Assembly (NCBI GenBank): GCA_951406725.2
Contig: OX597824.1
Span: 91,760,001-91,824,000, forward strand
Reading direction: 5' to 3'
Source: Octopus vulgaris
Taxonomy: Eukaryota
DNA length: 64,000 bases
Shown here one piece after another: positions 43,450-57,829 of the stretch. The notes under the pieces were generated by a model. That model had not been told where the DNA came from, ran no database searches, and worked only from the letters and a program-made list of their open reading frames with translations. A program made the translations under genes and the position numbers. Each line of letters starts with the position of its first letter. The first letter of the stretch is position 1.

Positions 43450-43678
43450 TCTTTTACTTGTTTCAGTCATTTGACTGCGGCCTTGCTGGAGCACCTCCTT
43501 TTTTAGTCGAGCAAATCGACCCCAGGACTTATTCTTTGGAAGCCTAGTACTTATTCTATCGGTGTCTTTTGCAGAAACGCTAAGTTACGGGGACGTAAAC
43601 ACACCACCATCTGTTGTTAAGCGATGTTGGGGGGGGGGGCAAACAAAGACACACAAACATATACACATACATACATAC

Positions 43679-43713
<35 letters not shown>

Positions 43714-43748
43714 TATTTATTCATATATACGACGGGCTTCTTTCAGTC
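43450..43748 (-). mobile_element. tRNA-SINE (12161 family) 3' portion
   Basis: CTTTTACTTGTTTCAGTCATTTGACTGCGGCC...GACGGGCTTCTTTCAG. Confidence 0.7.
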
Positions 43749-44100
43749 CACAATATCGAAGATGTCCATAATCATCATCATCATCATCATCATCATCGTC
43801 ATCGTCATTTTCGTCATCAACATCGTCAATCATCATCCACATCAATCATCGTCATCACCGTCATCATCACCATCATCACCATCACCATCATCACCATCAT
43901 CATCATCATCATCATCATCACCATATATCATCATCACCATCATTACCATCTTCATTATCATCACCATCATCAATCATTATCATCACCCTCATCACCATCA
44001 TCACTATCGTCATCTTCATCACCAACACTATCATCATCACCACCCCCACTAACACCATCATCATCATCATCATCCTCATCCACATCATCATCCTCATCCA

Positions 44101-44148
<48 letters not shown>

Positions 44149-44609
44149 AACCACCACCACCACCACCACCACCAGATATGGTAATAATGATCAAAATACG
44201 GAAGAATTTGGACTTTAATTTTGTTCGTTTCCCTATTCTGGTTAATAATGAATGGCCGTCCAGGAAACTGAAGTTAAAGACATGTAGCCCTCAAGAAAGT
44301 AAAGTTATCTTCAGATCGGAGACTTGCTTCAAATATTTTGCATCATTGTAAATTCCACTAAAGGCACCAAAAATGCAGCCGACGGATCGAACTTAAACCG
44401 CACCCCTTCAGGGTTTGGTAGATACCACCTCAATGACTTCAGCATGATTTTTCATTTACTGGATTTCGATCACAAGGCTTCCGGTATAAACTCGGTGAGA
44501 AGAGTCTTGCCAATGAAGCCGTCACCACTAAATTTACCACATTTTATAGAAAAACACGAGTGAGAATATTCACAAAGCAACAATTCTATTAGAACAACTG
44601 CTCTCAGAA

Positions 44610-45085
<476 letters not shown>

Positions 45086-45335
45086 TACACATCTCCTTTC
45101 TTGACCACATCTTATCAAACCAATAGAGAATTGTCTACAATGTGAAAAAAGAAATACAAATATTTACAATAAGGTCTGGACCACCATACAGCACGTCCCG
45201 GCCAATTTGAGGCGGTGGCAAAAGAAAGGAACAAAAACGACGAATGTGATTGGATGGATATAAAATTTTTTGCCACTATACAGAATAAGATAAATACACA
45301 AATACTTGGACCTAGAAAAATTGATTGTCTCCTTT

Positions 45336-45617
45336 TCACTCACTCTTTTCATTCTTTTTGGCATTCACAGAAGAAACGGACACTCTTGAAGCTGTTGCCG
45401 ATACTGGTGCTGTTTTATGAGTATCATGCATCCACGCACTGTTTAGAATGTCCTGTACTTTTAATCGGGTTTCGGTGTCTGGACATAGAATCCCCTTTAT
45501 GAGGCTTTTACAAGCGCGTGATATGTTCCTCTTCTTTCTAAAGTTAAACCTCTGGTGTAACTGATCCGAAATCGTTTTCTTAATGTTGCTATCGTCGAAT
45601 GGCATTGCTGCACAAAT
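45336..45617 (-). CDS. Tssk: Testis-specific Ser/Thr kinase (TSSK family), terminal coding exon
   Basis: Acceptor ttcttcag|ATT TGT, phase 0. Encodes ICAAMPFDDSNIKKTISDQL...CKSLIKGILCPDTETRLKVQDILNSAWM...SE* (kinase subdomains X-XI; the MPFDDSN motif is typical of TSSKs). Confidence 0.9.
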   Translation of the reverse strand: MCAAMPFDDSNIKKTISDQLHQRFNFRKKRNISRACKSLIKGILCPDTETRLKVQDILNSAWMHDTHKTAPVSATASRVSVSSVNAKKNEKSE

Positions 45618-46116
45618 CTGAAGAATAATAAAAATAACGTGTGGTAAGGTACATTATCGAAAATTGCAGACAAACTTAAAATATATCTTCAAACAAAAAT
45701 AACTGTACCGGCCACTTTCAACCATGAATACTGTTCTACATTTCTGGGATGGAGAATTATATATATTGAACGGATAGGTGTCCTCATCTTATTTACTGTT
45801 ATCACAATGTTTCGGCTGATGTACTCTCCAGCCGTCATCAGGTGTCCTGGTCTAATTGCGAACCCAACCCTTTATTTGATTAATGCCTGCCCCTTTAAAG
45901 TAAGGATAGAGGAACATCGTAAAGCTGTGACACGAAAGGGTGTTGAAAAATCGGGTATAGCCGATCATGTATGGAAAAACGGAGACCACCTCTCGCTGTG
46001 GGATGAAGATACAATAATCGACAGAAAACACCACTGGAATAATACGAAAATTAAAAGAGGCAGCACATATGCTAGGACCCTAACCCTAAGCAAACCAAGT
46101 GTAGATATAAATGTAA

Positions 46117-46425
46117 TATCACGTGATCACGTGACCGACCAGACCATCAGATGTTGTTACACATCGCTGGTCACAATGCGTTCGCATTGTTTTAGCCATC
46201 GAATGACGCCACCCCGCTGGCTAAGCGAGCAGGCCAACAGAAGAAAGAGTAGGAGAAAGAGTGGTGAAAGAGTACAGCAGGGATCACCACCCCCTGCTGG
46301 AGCCTCGTGGAGCTTTTTTAGGTGTTTTCGCTCAATAAACACTCACAACGCCCGGTCTGGGAATCGAAACCGCGATCCTGCGACCGCGAGTCCGCTGCCC
46401 TAACCACTAGGCCATTGCGCCTCCA
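46117..46425 (-). mobile_element. tRNA-derived SINE (tail type 2) nested in the PLE
   Basis: Full head and tail. Flanked by ATAAATGTAATAT and ATAACTGTAATAT, a probable TSD. Confidence 0.85.
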
Positions 46426-46507
46426 TAACTGTAATATAGGAACCAGTATTGAGAAAAAATAAAATACTAGGTTCATAAGCCCTAAAATATACTATATAAT
46501 TGCCCAC

Positions 46508-46582
46508 GGGCATATAGCGTGGCGGATAAGAGCGTGGTCTACTAACCCTCGGATTCTAAGTTCAATCCCAGGCAGGGACTTG
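46508..46582 (+). promoter_or_regulatory. tRNA-like Pol III cassette (A/B boxes) in the PLE 3' UTR
   Basis: GGGCATATAGCGTGGCGGATAAGAGCGTGGTCTACTAACCCTCGGATTCTAAGTTCAATCCCAGGCAGGGACTTG is homologous to 45016-45085 (-). Confidence 0.65.
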
Positions 46583-46967
46583 AAAAATAATATCATCAGA
46601 AACATAACATACCTTAGGAATGAGAACAGTGTACTCCATTAGTCAAATAACGGAATTGGTCCAAAATTCCACAAGAATACCTGATGAAGACCGGAGAGTA
46701 CATCAGCCGAAATGTTGTGGTAATAACAAACAAGGTGAGAAGACATCTATCCGTTCATTGTAAATAATGTAACAACAATGAATGCTGTAAACTAACAAAC
46801 ATCTACCAATTTCTGATCCACCCCAAAGTTATATAGCTTTTCTACAATATGAACATGTATATTTTACAGCAGTGAGTATACAAAACAAGTAGAAATGATT
46901 TCATAAATGTAGCAACGTTGTTTCGAAGCTAATGATTAACTTTAACCCTACCCCGGTCATATCTTCG

Positions 46968-47088
46968 GAAAGGATCGATGAGCCACGTTTTCGCGGTCCG
47001 TATTCGTACTGAAAATCGAGATCGAGCGAGCTTTTGCCCTTTTGCTCGACGTGTGGTTTCCGTCCACGCTGAGCTCGCCTTGGGACAC
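46968..47088 (-). pseudogene. Dispersed 28S rRNA fragment (about 120 bp)
   Basis: Minus strand GTGTCCCAAGGCGAGCTCAG...GAGCAAAAGGGCAAAAGCTCGCTCGATCTCGATTTTCAGTACGAATACGGACCGCGAAA...CGATCCTT matches a conserved 3'-half segment of eukaryotic LSU rRNA. Confidence 0.9.
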
Positions 47089-48284
47089 AATGCATGGATA
47101 TAAGGGAGAAAATTAATTTAGTATCAGTCTTTGAATAATTATTCTCAATATGTTGACTCAAAAATTCGCCGCCACCACGATTCTTATCTTGCAAACAGAT
47201 GTGTAACGTATGCTAAATCTCTCTCTAAACAATCCAAAATGGTGGACATATTTCACCAGGACATAAAGTAAAATAAACAGGAAAGAGTATATTAAAATTG
47301 CTGTGTTGGACGGATGAGTATTTTACAATGCTGACCAGGTTAATTTGTTTTTGTACGACAAAAACTTTCGATAAGACCTATCGTCAGATAATGCACACAA
47401 TTTTACACGGAGAAAACTTTGGAAATAAAAGATGAATAGCCTAACGCATTATATCATGAATTTGCCACATAAAACGTGTCGCAATACTTTGCATAAAAGT
47501 GTTTTATGGACAGAAACTTATTATGACAGAATGGTCAAATTTATCCATTCAGTCGATACGCAGCGTTAGTATCTTTGTACAAAAACATAACATCCACACC
47601 ACGCCACATTCTTGTTATTCTTGTTGATATATTAATGGCTAGACATTTCTACACAATTTGCTTTGGTCCGAGATCTGTAGCGTTAAAATAACGAAGACAA
47701 CCAATTGCGTCTCCAAGTAGTTTTTCATAGTTCGGTTTAGGGAGGAAGAGCGCAATACAGAGATCTATCGAGGCCCTTCGTGTCAGTCAGGGAGGACTTG
47801 GTGGAAACTACCTACCCATACGCTATCCGTATGCCAGAAGACATGTTACGGTGTTAAATCGAGTTACGTATTGACTCAATCACTTTTTTTCCTGCAATCA
47901 TGATTAAAACCTGCGGTAGACATCAAGTTCTTGTGGAGCAAGGAAAAATATATAAAGATAACATACAATGATAATGGAAAGAATAGACAGATAAAGACGT
48001 GGAGGAACCATCGAGAAATTTCACAGGTGAGACAAATCATTGTTATTTAGACAGCAAATACAAACTCTTATTTTCTTCAAGATACTTTCTTAATGGAATC
48101 ATATTTTTCGTACTAAAATAAAATTATCGCTAATAAGAATCTTTATTTCTATTATAATCACAATGTAGCACAAGTTAGGAACGACTATGGTGCTTTAACA
48201 CAACCCAGCACTTCATTGGTATCGATATTTCCTGTTAAGTCCTGGGTTAGCCTTAATTATGTTAATTAAATAATGGCAAAAAGT

Positions 48285-49025
48285 GGACGGCATCAAGTAG
48301 TAACAGTAACTGACATAGACTATACTGATGACCTGGCATCATTAACAAAGATGACAGATTAAGCACAGGAGGTGCTGAGCAGATTAGAGCAGGAATCGGA
48401 TAAGGTAGAACTGTATTGTAACGCAAAGAAAACAGAGCTGCAAGTATTCAACCACGAAATGCCTGTGTCAGTGAAAGTGAGAGATGGTAAGTCGCTCAAG
48501 GTAGTTGAAAATTACAAATACCTTGGTGCGTGGACACAAAGTACTGACAAAGACATCGTAGCAAGGAAAGCTCTTGCCTAGAGCGCATGCCATAAACTGA
48601 GAAAGGTGCGGAGTTCAAAGTTAGCAAGGAAATTGAAAGTGAGGTTGTTTCTGGTAACAGTGGAGTCTGTACTTCTATGCGGGGCTGAAATATGGACGCT
48701 CACTAAAGCATTGAAGAAGCAGTTGGACGAGGATGCTTAGAATGGCATTGAATGTCTCCTGGAAGAGTCATACAAGCGCTGACTTATACCAGGGACTACC
48801 AAAGGTAACATTGAAGATACAGCATAGAAGGATGAGACTAGCTGGATACTGCATCAGACACACCAATGAAATTGCCAACAAGCTAGTGCTCTAGTAACCA
48901 ACGGAAGGAAGAACCAGGAGGGGAAGGAGGAAGACGACCTATATTGATAACTCGATGGAGGATTCTGGTATGGAAGGGGTACAGGAGCTGAGGATTACTA
49001 TGGAAGATCGAGACGAAGGACTTCA
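48285..49025 (+). mobile_element. 5'-truncated RTE-type (RTE-X-like) LINE, RT C-terminal region, pseudogenised
   Basis: DIDYTDDL...LYCNAKKTE...VENYKYLGAW...ESVLLCGAEIWTLTK...RMLRMALNVSW...RRMRLAGYCIRH...[11 protein letters not shown], with stops and frameshifts. Confidence 0.9.
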
Positions 49026-49281
49026 GTATATTAAATGTTAAACCATTCCACAAACATAGTCTGAAATGGTGCCTCACTAATCTGTTGTGTAGTAGGATAT
49101 GATATACTTTATTCATCAACAATTTTCTTGGTTTAGTGTGGAGGAAGAGGCAATAATGCTGTTCATTGTGTGAAACAAGAGAAGTCAATACAACAGATGG
49201 TGCTTTTGAAGAGTTACAGGTGAATAAGAGGGGAGGAAAACGTGTGGAAAGAGTCTTGGGGACCTCCTGAGGGGTGATCTG

Positions 49282-49325
<44 letters not shown>

Positions 49326-49394
49326 TAGATAGATAGATAGAGAGATGGATAGATAGATAGCTAGATAGATAGATGGATAGATAGATAGGTACAC

Positions 49395-49438
<44 letters not shown>

Positions 49439-49466
49439 TGATAGATGGATAGATAGATAGGTACAC

Positions 49467-49541
<75 letters not shown>

Positions 49542-49636
49542 CAGACAGATAGATAGATAGATAGATAAATAGATAGAGATAGAGAGATGGATAGATAGAT
49601 AGCTAGATAGATAGATGGATAGATAGATAGGTACAC

Positions 49637-49716
<80 letters not shown>

Positions 49717-49744
49717 TGATAGATGGATAGATAGATAGATACAC

Positions 49745-49805
<61 letters not shown>
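49282..49805. repeat. (GATA)n tract with higher-order duplication
   Basis: The variant block AGAGATGGATAGATAGATAGCTAGATAG...GGTACACAG recurs at about 49341 and 49583. Confidence 0.85.
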
Positions 49806-49806
<1 letters not shown>

Positions 49807-50404
49807 GTAACGAATACCTCATTGTTAATGCATGCTCAACACCAACCTCTTATAGCCCACTGTAATTTACGAACCGCAATTTCAAATTCCAGCGGCAGCC
49901 ACACTAATTTATTTTGCAGAGTACAACATTAATAAACTTATATCATTTATACTTATGTACAGGTCAGTTTGTTTTATTTAATTATGTAAATTCATATTTG
50001 CTTAACTTAGTGTTGACCTGGGGAAAAATCAGTGATCCGGAAATGCTTTGCAACCGAGAATTCCAGAAAATCTTGTGGCTGTATGTGAGTTTTCAATAAA
50101 TTTTTATTCGGCTGTTGTTTCTAGCAGGACAAGAAGACCTGTAAATTCTCACTCATTGGTTTGATATGTCCATCTTTTAATAAGACGATGTAATTCTAGA
50201 GAGCTACTTCTCACATGCGCAAAAAGGGTTGAATCAATATAAACTTTATTTTGAAGATGGCACCGTCTAATATGAAGGACATTAAATGCACAGCTACTTC
50301 TAGTATGCTAGATGGTTGCGTATGTGCTCCTTCATCTTGGGCGTTATTCTTATTTATTTACTTTTGTTTTACAGTATTATTGTTTTGTCTACGATTACCT
50401 TCCA

Positions 50405-50692
50405 CTAGCACTATGACCCGGCGACGCATACAGCTAGCTGGCATTCTATTGGCGTATCAAGTTTCGGGCATTTTGATTGGGCATTTTGGATAGAAAATTC
50501 ACAAAAAAGTAACTTTTATTGATTTTTTAATGGCTTTGCGGGGTGACTGGGGAAATGTAAAGATATGCACGACCACCCTTGGACGGTTTTAAATGACCAT
50601 AGAAAGTGCGAGCCCTCTAACAGAAAAATTGTGGATTTTTATAAAGGACACACACACACAGACATTTTGCCGTTTATATATATATATATAGA
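50405..50692 (-). mobile_element. Non-autonomous Helitron
   Basis: Minus strand starts A|TCTATATATA...AAACGGCAAAATGTCTGTGTGTGTG and ends ...GCCGGGTCATAGTGCTAG|T. This gives 5'-TC, 3'-CTAG, an AT target and no TSD. Confidence 0.7.
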
Positions 50693-51057
50693 TACTCCAT
50701 AGTTGATTCGTTTGTGTGGTGAAGGCATGTGACCTAGCAGTTATAGCGCTGCATTCGCGATCACAAGATCGACGTTTCGATTTCCAGGCCGGGCGTGGCG
50801 CTGTGTCCTTGAGCAAAATACTCTATTTCACTTTGCTCCAGTACTCCTAACTATCATTGTATAACCCTGCGTCTGACTGGTCTTACCGTTCTGAGGTAAT
50901 GTTGTGATTTCAGTCACTTATACGCCATAGAAACCGAATAACTGGTCCCGCGAGTTCTATAACCCGAAGCAATATTTAGTGCGAGTGTGTGTGTGTGTGT
51001 GTATGTATGTGTGTGTGCGTGTGTGTGTATGTGTATTACAATAGGGAAAATAGTTAC

Positions 51058-51265
51058 CATATTGTAAAGAATCACGCCGAGAGCCCAAATATCATGTAGA
51101 ACAGGGCTGTACGGAATTCCTTGTAATATTTCTGGTGGAGCATAAGCGGCACTGCCACAAAACGTCTTGAATATATCAGTGTCTCGGAAATACCTGGCAA
51201 AGCCAAAATCAGTCAGTTTAATGTTGTTCTCACCATCCAACATAATGTTTTCACACTTCAGGTCC
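51058..51265 (-). CDS. Tssk: TSSK-family kinase, catalytic-loop exon
   Basis: ctaacag|G GAC CTG AAG TGT...AAT ATG|gtaact, 208 bp. Encodes (R)[10 protein letters not shown]...LTDFGFAR...[19 protein letters not shown]...[18 protein letters not shown] is the TSSK signature, and phases match both neighbouring exons. Confidence 0.95.
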
Positions 51266-51754
51266 CTGTTAGAAAAGAAAATGAGAATTATTAACTACAC
51301 ACACGCACAAAAGCTGACAGGTTCACTGTTCCCAGGAGGCCTTAGTCTCGTTTCATAACGGACTGCGTTATTAAGTAATCGGTTATATGAATGAGATTGT
51401 GAAATAAGGCGTGGACATAGACGTGTGGTTAAGATGCCTGATTCGCGACGGAATGGATTATGATTCAGTCCTATTGCGTGTCACAAAGGACATGTGTCTT
51501 CTATTATAGCCCCGGGCCGACAAATTCCTTTTAAGTGGATTTGGTCTCTGGATTTGGAAAATGTGTGGGAAACTGTTATATATATTTTGTTTTCATCTTT
51601 TACTTGTTTCAGTCATCAGACTGCGGCCTTGCTGGGGCACCGCCATTACATACATACATACATACATACATAAATACATAGAGAGAGGACGGTTGTATGT
51701 CAACTTAACGTGACAGAGTCCCGTAAAGGGAATCACACCACCGCTATGTATATG

Positions 51755-51786
<32 letters not shown>

Positions 51787-51791
51787 TATAC

Positions 51792-51857
<66 letters not shown>

Positions 51858-51884
51858 ATGTATATATATATATGTGTGTGTATA

Positions 51885-51947
<63 letters not shown>

Positions 51948-51949
<2 letters not shown>

Positions 51950-52930
51950 CGGGAAGCTTTATGAAAATAGACAAAAGACGAAGGCAGGTGGGAAACAAAC
52001 AAACAATTGTATTAGTATGGCGCTCAGGAAATATAAATAAAACAAGTCTTTAACGTTTCGAGCCTACGCTCTTCAACAGAAAGATACACAGAGAGAAAAA
52101 AACACAGAAAGAAGGAGAGAAAAAAAAGGCGTGCCGTAGCTAACGAATCAACATGGCGATCTGATTTCGGCCAGAGGTCAAAGATCAAACATGAGACGCG
52201 AGAGCGAAATAAGGGGAGATAATAGGGTTGATAATAGGGTTGAATGACCAGCTATTAGTGCGTATGAGAGGTCTGGACGTGTGTATGTATAGGGTTGGTG
52301 TATGTATTAGTATGTATTAGTATGTATTAGTACGTATTAGTATGTATTAGTTGGTGTATGTTTTAGTATGGCACATCATATATGATGTGATGTGTAAAGT
52401 CGTGTGGTGTAGTGTGGAGAGATGAGAAGAGGGGGAGGGGGAGAAGAGGGGGGAGGGGAAAGGAGGGGGGAGAGGGGAGAGAGAGGAGGGGAGAAGGAAG
52501 GGGAGAAGGAGGGGAGGAGGGGAGGAGGAAGGAGGAAAGAGGGAGAGGGGGAGAGAGAAGGGGAGTGAGGGAGCAGGGGGAAGGGGAAGAGGGAAGGAGG
52601 GAGGGAGAAAGAGGGAAGAAGGGAAGGGGAGTAGGGGTGAAAGGATGAAGGACTGAAGAAGTAGGGGTCGGGGGGAAAGGTTAGGTGAGGAGGGGGAGAG
52701 GGGGGTTAGATGAGGAGGGGGGAGAGTTGAGACCAAATGGCGTATAAGAGCGAAGAGAGAAGATTAATTCCTGTTCACGGCGCAAACGGGAATCCGGATG
52801 GCCTCTGTGTAAGGACAAACCGAACACAGATAGGTGTTGCAAGTAGTGACCGGTGGAGCGGAAATGGCGTGAGACCGGTGTGTCGTTCGCAAGGTGGATG
52901 TCACGAAGGTGTTCTGCGAACCGGTCAGTC
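51948..52930 (-). mobile_element. 3' portion of a Neptune-like PLE: GIY-YIG C-terminus, pyrimidine-rich UTR, hammerhead terminal repeat
   Basis: LTDRFAEHLRDIHLANDTPVSRHFRSTGH...RLRREQELIFSLRSYTPFGLN (about 52725-52930). HHR at 52047-52084: TCTTT-CTGTTGA-A-GAGC-GTAG-GCTC-GAAA-CGTT-AAAGA. Flanked by TA. Confidence 0.85.
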
Positions 52931-54604
52931 AATATATATATATAAGGACAAAAGTTAAAGAAATGGAGAGAGCACATCTTTTAATTACTCTAATTTACTA
53001 TATCTTCATCATATTTCAATATAATCAATCTTACGTAATGATATAATAATGCGGCCCTAATCTGGAAACTAAATATAAAGATAATTGAATAGTGTATCTC
53101 ATGCTGTATCCTACAGGTTGTCTTTTCGTATTAGGGTGAAAACCGGGTATGGGAGTTGGGTATTGAAACAATCTCGATATTGTTATCAATGGATACGATA
53201 ATAAACATTCCGAAATTATCATAAGATGTCGACACAGATATTAGAAAACCTCCAAAAGATATCGCCCGACAGGCTGATTATTTGATGCCTACCTTCATTT
53301 AAAAACCAATATACAACTAGCAAACTAATGGATGCATCTCTATAATACACGAACCTTCACATCTACAAACTCCCTCGAAAGATTTACTTGTTCAAAACAC
53401 CCTGAGTTATACCCGTAGTATAACAATTAATATTCTTGGAAAATAACTACCACCCTAATTTTCATGTTCAATTATACTTGCATAGCGTGTACCCCTGTAG
53501 AGATGGACGAATAGCTTAGAATATGCGGGAGTATTCTTGTATTTTTGTCTCTGTAGCAACATTATTCGTTTTAATGTGGATGTATGTGCATATATAAACA
53601 ATTTCTTTAGTATAAAAAACAATGAATGAATTATTGATGATGTCTGTGAGTGCGGGAGCGAGTGCCTGTGTGTTTGTGTTTGTGTATCTGTGTATGTGTG
53701 TTTGTTTATAATAATAAAACAGATTCATCCCTGTGCTGGTGTATAAAAAGGAGATGAGAGTAAATATGAGAAGGAAGTATTTTATAGCACAGAACTTTGA
53801 TCTCATTCGATATATAACCTGTAAAACTAAAAACTAAAAAAACAGAGAAAGAAATAGTTTATATATCTACTTCAATGTTAAAAAGGAAAAAAAAAAACGG
53901 TAAAAGGTTCATGGCATCATAACTTCTGATTTAATGAGGCCGGCAGCGGTAAATTCTGTCGAAAGTAACGCACAGAACCACCAGCTGTCAGAACGGACCA
54001 TTATCACGTCTAAACAAAATGACCGTCCTTCAACCCAACACGCATTTGTTTCTATTATGAAGACGTGTTCATGAAGACACTGCCAACTTACAGCCATGTA
54101 TTCAGAGGATATCCGGTTCAGCAAGCGTGTTACTTTTTACTAAATCATTTCCAGTCCTCTTCAACACGTTTTAAAGAGAAAAAAAAAACCTTACCCAAAT
54201 GGCACATAAAATTTAAACGACAGTTGCAGGAATTATTTCTTAATTCTCTAAAATTCATTTTATTGAATAATGGCGAAATTATTGTAAATTTAATGACTAA
54301 AATAATTAACTCGCTGTATATTTAAAAAAATATTTATCATTATAGTATTTTGTCTGTCTTTACGTTCTGAGTCCAAATTCGCCGAGGTCGACTTTGCCTT
54401 TCATCCTTTCGGGGTCGATAAATTAAGTACCAGTTGCGTACTGAGGTCGATCTACAAATACTTTATGGTTTTAATGTAAATATTCCGATGTCTCGTAGAA
54501 CAAACGATTTCCAATACCCAATTTTCTCTAATAGCCACTATCTAAGGATATGCTTATTATGGTAAACTTTAAGAGTATGTACCCAATGAATCAATTATAT
54601 ATAT

Positions 54605-54997
<393 letters not shown>

Positions 54998-55009
54998 CAG
55001 ATGGATGTA

Positions 55010-55159
55010 GATATATAGCAGAGTAAGCACATAAATATGAAACAAGGTGGAAAAATAGTACTCGAATACCAGAGGTAGAGTAATATGCTTTATTAATAAG
55101 CAGTTAAAATATAAAAACTGTTACTTAGAGTTTCACGTTCCCGTTCGTCGGACACTTTT

Positions 55160-55162
<3 letters not shown>
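55010..55162 (-). mobile_element. PLE-type terminal repeat with degenerate hammerhead (55118-55155)
   Basis: TGT-CCGACGA-ACG-GGAA-CGT-GAAA-CTCTAAG-TA-ACA, followed by AATAAA. Confidence 0.55.
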
Positions 55163-55226
<64 letters not shown>

Positions 55227-55248
55227 TGTATATATATTTGTGTGTATG

Positions 55249-55395
<147 letters not shown>

Positions 55396-55754
55396 ATGTA
55401 TATATATTTGTGTGTATGTATGTATATATGTATATATATATATATACACACACATATATATATATATATACATATATTATATATATATATATATATAATA
55501 TATATATATGTATGTATATATGTATGCATACATATTTATTATTTAAGTATTTAGACATGCGCACACGTATATACTTGCACGTACAGTGCATACATACATG
55601 TATATTTGTATGCATGCACACATAGACAAACTATATATTGACCAACGCGTGGCTGTGTGATAAGTAGTTTGTTTACCAACCACATGGATCTTCGGCATGT
55701 GTCTTCTACTATATAGCCTTATGAGTAGATTTGGTAGACGGAAACTGAAAGACT

Positions 55755-55949
55755 AGTTATTTTGATATGAGATAACCATGTCGCGCATATATGGTTGTGA
55801 TGCATGTGCCTGGTGTACCCATATCAGACTGGTAGTCGTGATGGATACACTGGGCTTCGTATATTTTACCCCAGTGTCACTTTGATAATGAGACTGCTCA
55901 CTTATACAACACCAATCAATCAATCGATCAATCAATCAATCAATCAATC

Positions 55950-56033
<84 letters not shown>

Positions 56034-56075
56034 AATGATGATGATGATGATAATAATAATAATAATAATAATAAC

Positions 56076-56125
<50 letters not shown>

Positions 56126-56272
56126 AGTAATCATCAGAGCATCAAAACAAACCACAGCACATATCCAAGGCACACAGTGCTGCGCTCGGTAGTGAAGTGA
56201 AAGCACGATATATTAAAAACTACTTAATAATAATAATAATTGTAGGGGGGTTCGGAGCACTAGCAACCAAGT

Positions 56273-56311
<39 letters not shown>

Positions 56312-56400
56312 AAAATCCGAATTGACATGAGAGCAGAGCATGTCCAAAAAGTTGTGCTACTGGGGAGAGCTAGGATGTTGAGCTTGGTATTTGGATGTTG
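55755..56400 (+). mobile_element. Cluster: (AAT)n-tailed element, Dong-like 3' UTR (56122-56225) and R4/Dong-like endonuclease C-terminus (56241-56400)
   Basis: VGGFGALATKF...EKIRIDMRAEHVQKVVLLGRARMLSLVF* resembles the R4/Dong C-terminal pattern VGALG...QKxxLLGTARILR. It is embedded in TAA repeats. Confidence 0.6.
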
Positions 56401-57028
56401 AATGTCTCCCACGATAATTGGGGAGACTTGTCACGAAGCATTAAGATAAAAGAACTGGTTACTAAATTAGCACGCACAATGGCAGATAATATTCAAGAAC
56501 AATGGTAACGTTGCTTCCATGAACGTTGAATATATTCAGCTAGTTTTTTTTTCTGTTCTTTCATGATTTTTTAATATGTATTTGTAAGCATTTGTAAAAC
56601 CCAACGCCGATTCTAAAATTATTGGTAAGTCATATCGAACAATTTAAAATTTATGGATTATATTTTTTGTTTTACTTGTCTTCGTATGCAAACATCCATT
56701 ATCTTCACCTGTTCCATCAAACCATCTATTAAGAATGGTAAATATTATTTGTCGATGAGCGAATTTTAAATTTCTTGTTGACATATATAACCAATATTTA
56801 CATCGGGAACTATATTTTCTTGTGGCTAAATCAAATGAAATATTTATTCGGTTGCGTTTCGGTGATCCGAAATAAAGAACTTAGATGCAGTTTGGAATTT
56901 GGAAATCTGTAATATATGCTTATCTCAAATTATTAACATAAAATATCAAAAACGTTTATAGATGTATTTCACTGCAAAATCAATATCATAATCAATTCTA
57001 ATTAGCAACACTTTAAAAGTCATTTACA

Positions 57029-57465
57029 GGACGGCGAGCTGGCAGAAACGTTAGCACGCCGGGCAAAATGTTTAGCGACATATCATCCGTCTTTATGTTC
57101 TGAGTTCAAATTCCACACAGGTCGACTTTGCCTTTCATCCTATGGGGATCGATAAAATAAGTACCAGTTGAGCACTGGGTTCGACGTAATCGACTTACGC
57201 CCTTCTCTCTCTAAATTGCTTGTTCCAAAATTTGAAATCAAAATTTTAAAATTCATTTTTAAGACGGCGGTATGGCGATATCGTTAGCACGCCAGGCGAA
57301 ATGCTTAGCGATATATCTTCCGTGTTTACGTTCTGCGTTCAAAATTCCACTGTGGTTTATTTTGATTTCCATCCCTTTCGGAATCGATAGAATAAGTAGC
57401 ATTCGATGTAATCACTTTAAACCTCACTACCAACGTGCTGGCCTTGTGCCAAAATTTGAAGTCAA
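57029..57465 (+). mobile_element. Two adjacent diverged Meta-domain SINEs
   Basis: Heads at about 57030 and 57262, with CCAAAATTTGAA tails. Confidence 0.75.
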
Positions 57466-57577
57466 TATCGAAGAAAAATCAAACATTTTAATTTTCAAAT
57501 AAAATATTCGTAAATTTGTATAATTTGTGGATGCTATTATGGCATTGTGCCTTCTGAGTTTTGGTGCAAATATTTAA

Positions 57578-57799
57578 TACGAAGGGATGCTGAGAAGTTT
57601 CTGGATTCAAGGGTATCACTAAAAGGCCTCGTTTGAGGACCAACCGTAAGAGTTCTTATACAGGACTTAGAAAAACTGAAGGACTGCAGCAATAAATGTA
57701 TGAATCTGAGAATGGAATGTGTTTAATAAAATCATATTTAACTGACTCTCCTGTATTTTCTTTTACCCGAAGCCAAGAACTTTTCTGCACCCCAGCGTA
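57578..57799 (+). mobile_element. Mariner-derived MITE with TA TSD
   Basis: TA-CGAAGGGATGCTGAGAAGTTTCTGG ... CCAAGAACTTTTCTGCACCCCAGCG-TA imperfect TIRs, with an internal LEKLKDCSNKCMNLR remnant. Confidence 0.7.
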
Positions 57800-57829
57800 T
57801 AAAATATAAAGTAGATACTCTTAAAAATA

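Larger units (their letters stand above)
45762..46770 (+). mobile_element. 5'-truncated Penelope-type PLE: inverted terminal repeat, GIY-YIG C-terminus, tRNA-like cassette, hammerhead terminal repeat
   Basis: 45762-45884 is an inverted copy of 46638-46762 (HHRs at 45802-45845 on - and 46677-46720 on +). 45885-46115 encodes KVRIEEHRKAV...KSGIADHVW...HLSLWDE..IIDRKHHW/IRKLKEAAHMLG (frameshift). It lies in a TSSK intron, antisense. Confidence 0.85.

Noticed and set aside
53040-53820. ORF 53516-53806 with a hydrophobic N-terminus after a splice-acceptor-like site, and possible PLE RT remnant at 53040-53520
   Set aside because: The ORF runs into a CA repeat and stops, and it does not fit the kinase frame. 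The RT-like peptides are too degenerate to call.
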